64,000 bases of DNA, taken from an uncultured Planctomycetaceae bacterium (GTDB lineage Bacteria > Planctomycetota > Planctomycetia > Isosphaerales > Isosphaeraceae). This document shows positions 49,621 to 60,327 of this stretch, piece after piece (within the stretch, counting starts at the first letter, position 1; every line of letters begins with the position of its first letter). The position numbers and the translations under genes are program-made. The notes beneath the pieces are model-generated. The model saw nothing but the letters and a program-made list of their open reading frames with translations. It ran no database searches and was not told the origin of the DNA. Where the stretch lies: NCBI GenBank assembly GCA_963833985.1, contig CAWIAD010000002.1, forward strand, positions 5,952,001 to 6,016,000, written 5' to 3'.

Positions 49621-52600
49621 ATGGACACCCTTCACGAACCTCGCCGCAACTCCGTGCTCGAGAGTCCGGGCCTGCCGCCCTGGCGCTCGATCGTCGTGAA
49701 GCTGACGCTCTTCGTGGGGGTGCTCGTCGCGGTCACCGCCGGCAGCCTGATCTCGGTGGGTTTCTATTCCACCAGCCGCATGCTCCGCGACCAGATTGAC
49801 AGCCGGCTCTCGGCAATGGCCGACGACCGCCAGGCCTTGCTCATGGACGGGCTGCTGCATGTCGAGGAGCAGGTGCGCATCCTCACGAGCCGGTACCGGC
49901 TGCTCGATGTCCTTGACCACCAGGCGGGTGTGGTGATCCCGGCCGATCGACTACAGGGAAACGGGGAGCGTACGCTGGACGGCGTGCGGCACGACACCGA
50001 TGGGCTGCTTGCGCTCTGGGTCGAAGATCCCGCGGGCAGGCTGCTGATCTCCAGCGGCCCGCCAGCCTTGCTGGACCTGTTCGCCGCCGATGCGCGTGCG
50101 CCGCACGCTGCCAGCCGCAACCCCGCTCTGATCGGTTTTCCCCGCCGCTTCGGCGTCACCTCCGCCGCGCTCTATCGCACGCCGGCGCGTTCACGATCAC
50201 GCGGAATCATCGGGCAACTGCTGCTGGTTATCGACGTGGGGTCGATTCTTTCTGCGCTCTCCGATCCGCAGCGTCTGGGAGCGACCGGAGAGGTGCTGCT
50301 GGCGGTCCAGGAAGACGAAAAAACGCACTACCTGGTTCCTCCCCGGCTGACGCCGGACGCGCAGGTGTTTCCTGCCTCCGCCACTCCCGCCATGAACCGG
50401 GCCATCGCCGGCGAGCTTGGGTTCATGAGGACGCACGACCGGCTGGGCCACGAGGTGCTGGCCGCCTTCCGTCCGGCGGGATACGAGCGCTGGGGACTGG
50501 TTGCCAAGATGGATGTGGATGAGGCGTACGCGCCGGTCAATCGCCTGCGCCGGCTCATGCTCCTGATTGGCGGATCGATCCTAACCCTGGGGCTGGCCGC
50601 GTCGTACCTGATCGCCCGCCAGAGCGCGCGGCCGATTCGCAGGCTGGCTGCGACCGCAGACGCCATGGCCCGGGGCCAGCCAGGCGCCCGCATCGAGGTG
50701 AACACACGCGACGAGATTGGCATCCTGGGGCTCGCGTTCGATCGCATGACCGAGCAGCTTGCACGGTCGCACGCGGAGCTCGAACAGCGGATCCTCGAAC
50801 GCACGCGCGATCTGGAAGCGATGCGCGACCTGCTCGATGCCTTCTTCCAGATCTTCACTTCGCGTCTCGACCCGCAGAACATCGATCGCACGTTCGACTC
50901 CGTCTTACGCTTCTGCCACCAACTGGGCTACGATCTGGCGATGATCTCTCTGGTGGATCGTCCGTCCGGCGTGATCCGGGGTATCCGCGGCGCGGGCACC
51001 ATGGCCGAAGTTGTCGGGGAGACGGTCAGGCCGCTGGACGGCGACGATATTCTGGCCGTCGTCGTCCGGTCGGGACGCTCGGTGGTGATCAGCGATTCCC
51101 TGTTTGATCCGCGCTGTGACCGGTTGGCCGTCCAGCAGGCACGGATCTGCGGCCAGATCATCTTGCCGCTGGTGGGAGTGGAAGTGCTGGGCACGCTCCA
51201 GGTGGCGACTCCCGATCGGCTCGACCCGGAGCGAGTCGATCTGCGTCCCCTCGAGTCGCTCGCCAGCCACACGGCACGGGCGCTTGACAGCCTGAACCAG
51301 CTCGAGGAGATTCGCCGGCTCAGTCACAGCCAGGAGGTGCAGGCCCAGGAACTGGTCAAGTCCTCTGCCGCCTTGAGGGAACAGACCCGACTCCTGCAAC
51401 TGGTTCTCGACTGCATGCGCGAGGGGGTCGTCGTCGCCGACCGCGAGGCGCGGATCCTGGTGTTCAATCCGGCCGCCGAGCGCATCCTCGGCCGCAGCAA
51501 CGGCCTGGCGGCGCCCGACCGCTGGGATCCGCTGTACCAGGTGTATGGGCCGGACCGGATCACCCGGTATACACCCGATGAACTTCCGCTCTACCGCGCA
51601 ATCGGAGGGGAATCCATCGATCATGCGGAGCTGTACATTGCTCATCCCAGCCTTCAGGACGGATCGTGGATGCTCGTCAATGCCCGTCCATTGCGCGATG
51701 ACCAGGGGCAGATCCAGGGGGGGCTGGTCGTCTTCCACGACGTCACGCGCCTCAAGAAAGACGAGCGCCGGCTTGACGTCCAGTATGCAGCCACCCGGGT
51801 TCTCTCCGAGGTCGATTCCCTGGCCGAGGCGAACCCCCGGATCCTGGAAATCATCGGCCAGCGGCTGGACTGGGACCTGGGGGCGTTCTGGAGACTGGAT
51901 CCCGGTTCCCACCAGCTTCGCTGCGTCACATTCTGGCACGCTCAGGGAGCGACGTTCCCGCGGTTTGAGGAAATCAGCCGGCGGATCACCTTTGCGCCTG
52001 GTTCCGGCATTCCCGGCCGCGTATGCTCTGACCGCGCGGCTGCCTGGATCGGTGACCTGACGAGTGACCCGAACCTGCCGCGCCGGGATGCCGCGACCGC
52101 CGACGGGCTCAAGTCCGCCTTTGCATTCCCCGTCCTGGTGCGCGGCGACTGCCTGGGAGTGCTCGAGTTCTACAGTCGCGTGGCGCGCGCCCCGGACCCG
52201 GGTCTGCTGGAGATGATGACGAACCTGGGCACGCAGATCGGCCAGTTCATTGATCGCCACCAGATGCACGCCCGCGTGGTTCAATCCGAGAAGCTGGCCT
52301 CGCTTGGAATGCTCAGCGCGGGGGTGGCTCATGAAATCAATAACCCTCTCGCCTACATTGCCAACAACCTGGCCGTCCTGGAGCGCGACCTGGGCTCTCT
52401 GCTGGAGCTCATGGCCGCCTACGAAAAGTCGCATGAGCTGCTGGCCGCCAGCCAGCCAGAGGTTCTGGAGCAGATCCGCCGGCTCAGCGAGGATTGCGAT
52501 CTTCCCTATATCCGGCAGAACCTGGACAAGATCCTGGCAAGCACGCGGCAGGGCGTGAAACGCGTGGCCGAGATCGTGCACAACCTGCGCGGATTCGCTC

Positions 52601-53079
52601 GGCTCGACCGCGCCGCCGTGGATCAGATTGATGCCCATGAGGCCATCGCCACGGCGCTCGAGATGATCCGCGGCCGGCTCAACCGCCGCCACATCGCGCT
52701 CGAGGAATGCAAGGGTGAAATTCCCCTTATCCCAGCATCTCCAGCACAGATCAACCAGGTGTTCTTGAACCTGCTGGTGAACGCCATGCAGGCCATCGAG
52801 ACGACGCACCAGGAAGACGGCCGGATCACGATCCGCACCCTGTGTGACGGGCCTGATGTCATCGTCGAGATCGTTGACAACGGCTGCGGCATCCCGGCGG
52901 ACGTCCTGCCCCACATCTTCGACCCCTTCTTCACCACGAAGTCGGTCGGCGACGGTACGGGCCTGGGGCTGAGCATCACCCACGGCATCGTGCAGGACCA
53001 CGGAGGCCGTATGGAAGTGGAGAGCACCCCGGGAAAAGGCACCTGCTTCCGGGTGATCCTGCCGGTGACGCGGCATTGA
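49621..53079 (+). CDS. Sensor histidine kinase (periplasmic sensor-HAMP-GAF-PAS-GAF-HisKA-HATPase)
   Basis: Two TM helices; HAMP DEIG.L..AFDRM; EKLASLG..SAGVAHEINNPL; NQVFLNLLVNA; DNGCGI; FDPFFTTK; GTGLGL. Confidence 0.93.
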   Translation: MDTLHEPRRNSVLESPGLPPWRSIVVKLTLFVGVLVAVTAGSLISVGFYSTSRMLRDQIDSRLSAMADDRQALLMDGLLHVEEQVRILTSRYRLLDVLDHQAGVVIPADRLQGNGERTLDGVRHDTDGLLALWVEDPAGRLLISSGPPALLDLFAADARAPHAASRNPALIGFPRRFGVTSAALYRTPARSRSRGIIGQLLLVIDVGSILSALSDPQRLGATGEVLLAVQEDEKTHYLVPPRLTPDAQVFPASATPAMNRAIAGELGFMRTHDRLGHEVLAAFRPAGYERWGLVAKMDVDEAYAPVNRLRRLMLLIGGSILTLGLAASYLIARQSARPIRRLAATADAMARGQPGARIEVNTRDEIGILGLAFDRMTEQLARSHAELEQRILERTRDLEAMRDLLDAFFQIFTSRLDPQNIDRTFDSVLRFCHQLGYDLAMISLVDRPSGVIRGIRGAGTMAEVVGETVRPLDGDDILAVVVRSGRSVVISDSLFDPRCDRLAVQQARICGQIILPLVGVEVLGTLQVATPDRLDPERVDLRPLESLASHTARALDSLNQLEEIRRLSHSQEVQAQELVKSSAALREQTRLLQLVLDCMREGVVVADREARILVFNPAAERILGRSNGLAAPDRWDPLYQVYGPDRITRYTPDELPLYRAIGGESIDHAELYIAHPSLQDGSWMLVNARPLRDDQGQIQGGLVVFHDVTRLKKDERRLDVQYAATRVLSEVDSLAEANPRILEIIGQRLDWDLGAFWRLDPGSHQLRCVTFWHAQGATFPRFEEISRRITFAPGSGIPGRVCSDRAAAWIGDLTSDPNLPRRDAATADGLKSAFAFPVLVRGDCLGVLEFYSRVARAPDPGLLEMMTNLGTQIGQFIDRHQMHARVVQSEKLASLGMLSAGVAHEINNPLAYIANNLAVLERDLGSLLELMAAYEKSHELLAASQPEVLEQIRRLSEDCDLPYIRQNLDKILASTRQGVKRVAEIVHNLRGFARLDRAAVDQIDAHEAIATALEMIRGRLNRRHIALEECKGEIPLIPASPAQINQVFLNLLVNAMQAIETTHQEDGRITIRTLCDGPDVIVEIVDNGCGIPADVLPHIFDPFFTTKSVGDGTGLGLSITHGIVQDHGGRMEVESTPGKGTCFRVILPVTRH

Positions 53080-53163
53080 GCCCGCCGCCTGGACGGTCGT
53101 TGCGCAGGGTGCCCTCACCGGTCTGGCTCACACACGCCCGGCGTCCACGGCAAGCGTCGTCCC

Positions 53164-54597
53164 TCACCGCGAGAGGCTGCGGCACACCGCAAGGAAGGTG
53201 GGCTTGAGCGCCGCGAAGTCCTTCTCCGGGCCATCGCAGAGAACCGTGATCCGGCGATCCCTCGTCAGCAGGGTCACGTGGTAGCCGCGCAGCTTCGAGC
53301 CGAAGAGACCCTCGCCTGCGGCCGTGAACACCGAGAGCCGGCCTTCGCCCAGTTGCGACCCCTTGAAGACGGCGGGCTTGCTCTCCGAGAAATCGCTGTA
53401 CTCTTCGGCGGCGGTCTTCTTGTAGAGCTCGTGAGCCACATGGACCGGCGCGAGCTCGCTTCCCTCCGGCTGTGGACCGGCCGAGTCCGAACCGGACATG
53501 AGCGATCCCTTGATGTCGGCGATGACGCGGATCCTGGCCGAGTCCCTGGAAAACGTGGCCCACGAGTACATGTTGTCGGGCCGGCTCCCGGTCTCCGATT
53601 TCCAACCCTGAGGATGGCGGATCTTGAAGGCGTTGTCCTTGGGCGAAAACTCCACAGTTGCCAGCCGCTCGTCGGCAGCCTTGTCAACCTTGCCAGCATC
53701 GCCTGCGCCAAGGTCGCTCGGTGCGGGAGCCGGCTCGCTCTTGCGAGCGACGACGGGCGGCTCGCGAAACCGGATGAGCTGCACGGCAAGCTTGCCGGTC
53801 TCGGGGTCGAGCAAATCCAGGGTCGAGCGCCCCAGGACGATCTTGTACTGGGTCTCGGTGGAGTCTCCATCATCGTTCTTGAACGTCAACTTGAGGCGAT
53901 CACCCTTGAAAGTGTAGGTTCCCACCGACGTCTCCTTCTCCTGGAGCGTCATGGACGCGTTCTTTTTCTCGTCGAGAATCAGGTCGTACCGGGTGTGGAT
54001 GATCGGCTTGCCCGTCTCGAACTCGATCATCGAGCCACGCCACGTGCCGACGATCGTGGGAGGACTGAAGAAGCCGTCGTAGATCATGTAGCCAAAGAAT
54101 CCAAGCAGCAGCGCGACGAAAGCCCCCGCTCCCGCGAGCACGCGCTTGTCCAGCGCGTCGGGGTTCGCGGCTTTCTTCTTCTTGCCCCCCTTCTTCTTTT
54201 TCTTTTTGACCGCGGAACCGTTCTGGGACGCCGCGGCTGCCGGGGCGCTGAGCCGCGAAAGAACGGGCTCGGCGGTCGCGACCGGCGGCGCCACGTCCTC
54301 GAAGAGGAATGAGCGCTCCGGCGCTTCGGGCTGCGGCTCGGCTGAAGCGCGAGGCTTCGCCCTGGCCTTCCCGGACGATGCGGAGCCGCGGTTGACCTGC
54401 TCCACGAAACCCCGCGCGATCAGCTCGCTGGCCATCCGATCGCTGGCCGCCAGGGCAGCCTGCTCGCTGCCAAGCTCCTTCTCGTTGCGCTTCGAGCTGC
54501 CGTCGGAACCCATCTGGACCACGCTCATGAGGGTGCCGGTCACGTCGATCACGACGATCTTCCGGCCAGCGGACGTAGCAAGACTGAACCGGCGCAT
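53164..54597 (-). CDS. Single-pass membrane protein with a degenerate WGR-like N-terminal domain
   Basis: AGGAG RBS; the N-terminal ~67 aa follow the WGR pattern; Lys-rich stretch, one TM helix, then predicted extracytoplasmic domains. Confidence 0.7.
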   Translation of the reverse strand: MRRFSLATSAGRKIVVIDVTGTLMSVVQMGSDGSSKRNEKELGSEQAALAASDRMASELIARGFVEQVNRGSASSGKARAKPRASAEPQPEAPERSFLFEDVAPPVATAEPVLSRLSAPAAAASQNGSAVKKKKKKGGKKKKAANPDALDKRVLAGAGAFVALLLGFFGYMIYDGFFSPPTIVGTWRGSMIEFETGKPIIHTRYDLILDEKKNASMTLQEKETSVGTYTFKGDRLKLTFKNDDGDSTETQYKIVLGRSTLDLLDPETGKLAVQLIRFREPPVVARKSEPAPAPSDLGAGDAGKVDKAADERLATVEFSPKDNAFKIRHPQGWKSETGSRPDNMYSWATFSRDSARIRVIADIKGSLMSGSDSAGPQPEGSELAPVHVAHELYKKTAAEEYSDFSESKPAVFKGSQLGEGRLSVFTAAGEGLFGSKLRGYHVTLLTRDRRITVLCDGPEKDFAALKPTFLAVCRSLSR

Positions 54598-54812
54598 CGC
54601 GGGTGGCTCCTGGTGATCGGCAGCAGAGCTTTGAGAGATGTTGCAGCCGAAAGGAGAACCGAAATTACCAAAACCGCACTTCGCGGGCAGGCAGGATCTT
54701 ACACGGCGGCGGGCTTCCATGCAATCGAAAAAGTGGGAGGCTACTGGGCCGGGACGGGAATGCCTTATTCTTCATCGAAAGGACACACAGCGCTCCCGAT
54801 GTGCTCACCGTG

Positions 54813-56108
54813 TCAGTCGTCGCCCTCCAGCTCCAAAACTCCATCCTCGAGCATCTGCTGAGCCTTGCGAACCAGTCCCCGACGCACCGTTTCCAGGTCT
54901 GCGGGGAGAGCGCCCGGCGGAATCTCCTCGAGCACGCGCAGCGCGGCCACGGGCCGCTGACCATCGCGAATCAGGATCTGGGCCAGCTTGACCCGCATCT
55001 TCAAAGAGCGGTCGGGAAAACGCCGGCAGTGGTCGCGCATCAGCCGGATCGAGCTGGCCTCGGCGCCCGCCGCGTGCATCGCCTTGATGAAGCCGTAAAG
55101 ATCGGTTTGAGACGGCCAGTCGGGCAGGACGCGGACGGCCCTGTCATAAGCCGCGACCGCACCGGGAATGTCCCGATCGTCCAGCAACGAGCGCACGCGC
55201 CGCACCGCCATCCGTCCGCGCTCCGAAGCGTCGGGGCCATCCTCGGGCCCGTCGTCAGGCACCCGGCTGGATCGGGCCCTGGACCGCGAGGGCGAGCGCG
55301 TCCTCATGTTCTGCTGGTCCAGGAGGCGGCCGCGTTGTTCCCAGTCGCGAGCCAGTTTGCGGCGCTTCTGCCAGAGTGCGAACAGATCCCACCCCTCACA
55401 ATCGACGAGCCCTGCCTTGAGCAAAACAACCGCGACGACCGTGCCCCAGAAGGCGCCGGAGAGATGCCCCAGCTCCGTGACCATCAGCTTGCCGCCCAGA
55501 GTTCCCCAGAAAACCAGGCCGAAAACCTGCTCGCCAATGTAGAAGAGGGCCACGGTCGTGTAGTAGAGATCCCAGTGATAGACCAGGCTGCGGAATCCGA
55601 TCAGGAGGATCACGATGCAGTTCAGCTCGTTGCGCGGCGCCCAGACCATGCAGACGGCAAGCAGGCCGTAGACCACGGCCGACGCTCCGGCCGCGTGGCT
55701 ATCCAGACCGGAGTTCCGCATCAAGATCTGCACGAATGCGCCGTGTAGTGTGCCGATGGCCAGGTAAGCCAGCAAATACTTGATCGCGCCCAGCTTCCCC
55801 TCGACCACAATTCCGAAGGCCCACAGGAACACCATGTTCCCGGCCAGATGCAGGAGTCCGTAGTGCAGGAAGTTATGAGTCAGCCATTGCACCGGGTGCA
55901 GCTTGCCGTCCCCGACGGCCAGCGCATAGCGCTCGAAGCTGGAAACCGTCTCGGCATCCTCGATCACCTCGTCGTGCTCGTCCAGCCGCACCTTGCCGGC
56001 GACAGGCGGCACGAGAAAAAGCAGCGCCACGTTCAGCACGATCAGCGCCACCGTGGCGTAGGGCCAGTGGTAGATGGGGGCGTCGGTACCGGTCGGAATG
56101 ACAATCAT
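54813..56108 (-). CDS. Rhomboid-family intramembrane serine protease with a helical C-terminal domain
   Basis: FLHYGLLHLAGNMVFLWAFG..VE, AGASA (catalytic Ser), GHLSG (catalytic His). Confidence 0.9.
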   Translation of the reverse strand: MIVIPTGTDAPIYHWPYATVALIVLNVALLFLVPPVAGKVRLDEHDEVIEDAETVSSFERYALAVGDGKLHPVQWLTHNFLHYGLLHLAGNMVFLWAFGIVVEGKLGAIKYLLAYLAIGTLHGAFVQILMRNSGLDSHAAGASAVVYGLLAVCMVWAPRNELNCIVILLIGFRSLVYHWDLYYTTVALFYIGEQVFGLVFWGTLGGKLMVTELGHLSGAFWGTVVAVVLLKAGLVDCEGWDLFALWQKRRKLARDWEQRGRLLDQQNMRTRSPSRSRARSSRVPDDGPEDGPDASERGRMAVRRVRSLLDDRDIPGAVAAYDRAVRVLPDWPSQTDLYGFIKAMHAAGAEASSIRLMRDHCRRFPDRSLKMRVKLAQILIRDGQRPVAALRVLEEIPPGALPADLETVRRGLVRKAQQMLEDGVLELEGDD

Positions 56109-56326
56109 GTGCGCAGTTTCCTGACCATTGATCCATCCGCCGCGGCGCCCCGTTAAGCTACCAAAGGCGTGGCGCGACTGGGAACAAGATGCCGGCGGCG
56201 GACTGCGGAAGAACCCGAATTTTGTCGTGGAACGGCCTTTGCCGTGGACTTATACTGACAACTGTCTTAGGGAGTCGTGCTTCCGCATCATCGAATACTT
56301 CACACGTTTCGTGAAAGGAATCTGGA

Positions 56327-58875
56327 ATGAGTCGGCTGGCGAACGCTTCGATGCTCTGGTCCCGGCGTGCCTCTGGACCGGTACACTGGCTTGTTCTGTT
56401 CGCGGTGGTGGGCGCGCTTGCCTGCCTCGCGCCGCGTACTGCCGCGCAGGCACCCGGCGCCACTGCCGCGCAGGCACCCGGCGCCACTGCCGCGCAGGCA
56501 CCCGGCGCGACCGCCGCTGCCTCACTGACCCGATATGTTCCACAGCACGATCTGATAGCCTGCCTGGAATTTGAAGGGCTGGATGCCCACGGCGAGGCCT
56601 GGCGCAAGACCGCCGCATACAGGTTGCTCAACAACACGTCGATGGGGGCCCTGCTGGAAGATCTGGCGACCCAGGTGATCGATCAGACTCAACAGTCGCG
56701 TCCCCAGGACCAGCGCGTGCCCGCCGGCCGCGTTCTGAACGTGCTGAAGCAGGTGGCGCGGAGCGGTCTGGCTGTCGCCCTGTTCGGGAAGCCCAATGGC
56801 GAACACGTGATGCTCGTGATCCGCAAGGGGAGCCAGCAGGACGTCGCTCGGCTCATGGAGCACATGACCGCGAACGAACCAGGTCAACCGGATCAGATAC
56901 CGGCACCCATCCAGAAGGGCGGAAGGACCGTGCACCCGCTGGGGACAGAGAACTGCTGGTGGCTCGAAAAGGATGACCTGATCCTCACGGACCAGGAGGG
57001 GATCGAGACGGTTGTCGCGGTCATCGAGGGCAAGCAACCCAGCGCCACGGCCCATCCGCTGCGCTCGGTGCTCTCCCGGTCCAGTGAGGGGTTCGAGCCG
57101 GCGGCCTACGGCTTCGTGGACATGGCCGCTCTTCCTGCGCCGCCCGAAAAGGCAGCCAGGCTGGGCCTGGGCGGTGTGAAGCGGATTGAGCTGCAATGGG
57201 GCTTTCAGGGCGAGGCACTGCTGACGCGCCTGCACGTGGCGGCCCCGGCGCCGCGGCAGGGCTTGCTCGGGCTCTTTGACCAGCCGACGTTCGATGCGGC
57301 GTCGTTGCCGTTGATCCCCGCGGGCCGGACGGCGTTTGCCGTGCTCTCGATCGATCTGGCGAAGACCTACGACCGGGTCGTCTCTCTTCTGAAGTCTGCC
57401 GAACCGGCGGCGGAACAGGGCATCGACGCGTTCGAGAACGCGTTCCGAGGCCAGCTGGGGCTGAACGTGCACAACGACCTGCTGAAGCACCTGGGGCCGA
57501 AGCTGGCACTCTACTCCCAGGAATCCGGCGCCGCACCAGCGGAGAATCCCATGGCCGCGTTGATGTCGGTCTACACGGGACTGACGCTCTCCATTGAGGC
57601 CCGCGACCCGGCCGAGCTCGGCAAACAGCTTGATGTGTTGATCAAGAGTGTGAACCAGGTCCTTTCCCAGCACCGGCTGGCGGGGTTGCCGACGCGCCGC
57701 AGTTCCGCAAGAAGGACGGGCCCGCCGTGGAGTACGTCCTTGACTTCCCTCCCGGCTCGGTCCCGAACGGACCGCTGAGCATGCTCTCGCCCACGATTGC
57801 CCTGGACAAGGAGCGACTGATCGTCAGCGGCACATCCTCCGCGGCGGAGCAGGCGCTGGCCTTGGGTACCGGCCCCGCCACCGGGCGTTATTCCGCGCAG
57901 GCGGCGGACCCGCGGATGGCCGAAAAGCTTCCCCATAACCTGATGATGCTTGTCATGACCGACCCGCGCGTCACCATGCCGGCCATCATCCAGAGCCTGC
58001 CAACCCTGGCCCAGACATTCAATGCACAGCTCGCACAGGGAGGGCAGGGAAGAAACGGTCCGGGGCTCGAGATCCAGGTCGATCCACAGAAGCTGCCCCC
58101 GGCAGAGCAATTGCGTTCCCTGCTCTTCCCTTCAACCACGTCGCTGACGGCCGATGCGCAGGGGATCACGATTCTCCAGCGCGAGCCGGTCCCCTCGATC
58201 ACCTCGCCGGCGTCCGGCGGCTTCCTGCTCGGGATCACAATGCCGGCCACGCAGGCGGCCCGGGAGGCGGCCCGCCGCGCCCAGTGCAGCAACAACGTGA
58301 AGCAGATCTTGCTGGCCTGGCACAACGTCCATTCCGCCACAAACTCTTTTCCCAGGGACATCACCGACAAGGATGGCAAGCCGCTCTTGAGCTGGCGCGT
58401 GGCCATCCTGCCCTACATCGAGCAGGGCGAGCTGTACAACAAGTTCAAGCTCGATGAGCCCTGGGACAGCCCGCAAAACAAGGAGCTCATCAAGGAGATG
58501 CCCGCGACGTACAAGTGCCCCAGCCGCAGCAAGCCCGAGCCGTTCACGACGAGCTATCGCAGCTTCCAGGGCCCGACCGCAATCCACGAGCCGGACCATA
58601 ACGTCGCCATCGCCGATATCCTGGACGGCACCTCGAACACGATTGCCGTGGTGGAAGCCACGGAGGCCACGATCTGGACCAAGCCGGGCGGCTTAGTATT
58701 CGACCCGGAGGCGAAGCCCTCTCTTTACGGGGCTGGCTCGCCCCACCCCGGGGGTTTCAACGCCGCGTTTGCCGACGGTTCGGTCCGTTTCATCAAGAAC
58801 ACGATCAGTACCATCGTCTTCAAGGCACTCATCACGCGCAACGGCGGCGAGGTGATCGCAGGGGATGCGTTCTGA
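56327..58875 (+). CDS. Large exported protein with a C-terminal DUF1559 domain, frameshifted near 57680
   Basis: Signal peptide; C-terminal PATQAAREAARRAQCSNNVKQI.LA.HN, LSWRVAILPYIEQ, DEPWDSP.N, DGTSNT, HPGGFNAAFADGSVRF (H-X9-DG). Confidence 0.85.
56438..56509 (+). repeat. In-frame 24-bp tandem repeat x3 encoding TAAQAPGA
   Basis: ACTGCCGCGCAGGCACCCGGCGCC at 56438, 56462 and 56486 (last base differs in copy 3). Confidence 0.95.
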
Positions 58876-58961
58876 GGCGGGCGGTTCCCGGCCGCGTGCA
58901 ACGCCGCGTCAGTCCGAGTGCCGGCGCGGCTTTTCAATCCGCGGGAGTCGTGCTCTAATCG

Positions 58962-59091
58962 CAATACCGTTGAAATAGAGCTAACGAAAAGGGGGGCAAG
59001 AGCTTTGCGACAGACTTGTTCCCACGCTCTGCGTGGGAACGAGGGACAAACCTATGCTCGTACCCAACTTATCGTTATTTCAACGGTATTG
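58962..59091. mobile_element. MITE copy 2, intact (130 bp), with a central REP-like hairpin
   Basis: Perfect 16-bp TIRs, CAATACCGTTGAAATA and TATTTCAACGGTATTG; perfect 10-bp direct repeat GCTCTAATCG (58952-58961, 59092-59101); central palindrome GTTCCCACGC-TCT-GCGTGGGAAC (59018-59040). Confidence 0.93.
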
Positions 59092-59169
59092 GCTCTAATC
59101 GGATTCTTGCATGCGGGCCAGGGTGGCCACGGTTCCATCGATCCCTGGCTGACCCATTGTTTGAGATCC

Positions 59170-60248
59170 ATGCCCATGAACATTGTCGAACATCGGGCCG
59201 CGAGCGTTTCGCCCTCCGGGACAGAAGAAGTTCCGGACGAAACGCTCGACTTCATCCGCTCGGTACGCCAGCGCGTGGGGACGGTGGTCGTCGGCCAGGA
59301 TGCCGTCGTCGAACGGCTGCTCGTGGCCCTCTTCACCGGCGGCCACCTGCTCTTGCAAGGGGTTCCCGGGCTGGCCAAGACGCTGCTGGTCTCCGTGCTC
59401 TCGAAGACGATCGACCTCCATTTCGCCCGCATCCAGTTCACCGTCGATCTGCTGCCATCAGATATCCTCGGCTCGGAGATCCTCGACCAGCGCACCAATG
59501 ATTTCCGGATCCACAAGGGACCGATCTTCACGAACCTGCTGCTGGCCGACGAGATCAACCGGGCCGCGCCCAAGGTGCAGAGCGCGCTTGCTGGAGGCCA
59601 TGCAGGAGCGGCGTGTCACGATCGGCAACGAGACGTTCAAGCTCCCCGCACCGTTCCTGGTGATCGCCACCCAGAACCCGATCGAGCAGAGCGGCACGTT
59701 CGAGCTGCCCGAAGCGCAGCTCGACCGCTTCATGCTCTGTCACCGGCTCGACTATCCGACTCCTGAGGAAGAGAAGGAGATCCTCAAGCGCAACGCCGCC
59801 CTGGGCGTGCGCCGCGAGGATCGCGGGAGCCGTCGCACGTACCGAATTCGACGCCCTGGAGGGCGGCCCGGTCGCGACGCACGGAAGAGCTCGTGCGGGC
59901 GATGGAGGCCGTGCACGAGGTCTACGTCAGCGAGACCTTCACCGATCACGTCGTCGAGATCGTCAAGCGGACGCCGCACACACCCCGCTCTGAGCTTGGG
60001 GCAAGCCCGCGCGCGGGATCGCGCTGGTCAAGGGTTCGCGTGCCCGCGCCTTGATCCACGGCCGCAACTACGTGATTCCCGAGGACCTCTTCGCCCTGGC
60101 CGAAGACGTGATCCTGCACCGCATCCGTCTGAGCTACGAGGCACTTGCCGACGGCCTGACCGGAGCCGAAGTGCTCAAGGAGATCCTCGGCCCCTTTGGT
60201 CCGGCGCCCGCGCCGCGGACCGCAACGCCGAATGGCAGTGTGCGATAG
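59170..60248 (+). CDS. moxR: MoxR-family AAA+ ATPase (several frameshifts)
   Basis: GHLLLQGVPGLAKT, RIQFTVDLLPSD, LLADEINRA.PKVQSAL|LEAMQE, VIATQNPIEQ.GTF.LPEAQLDRF, GR.YVIPED. Confidence 0.9.
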
Positions 60249-60327
60249 CAAGAAGGTTCCTTGAGCGGTCGGTGCGGTGAACCGTCCCGTCCCCGGTCCC
60301 TTGAAATGACGTCGCCGGAGCACCCCA

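Noticed and set aside
58918..59169. N-terminal extension of MoxR in the ORF track
   Set aside because: The extension merely reads through the MITE; the MoxR-like sequence starts at ATG 59170 or 59176.
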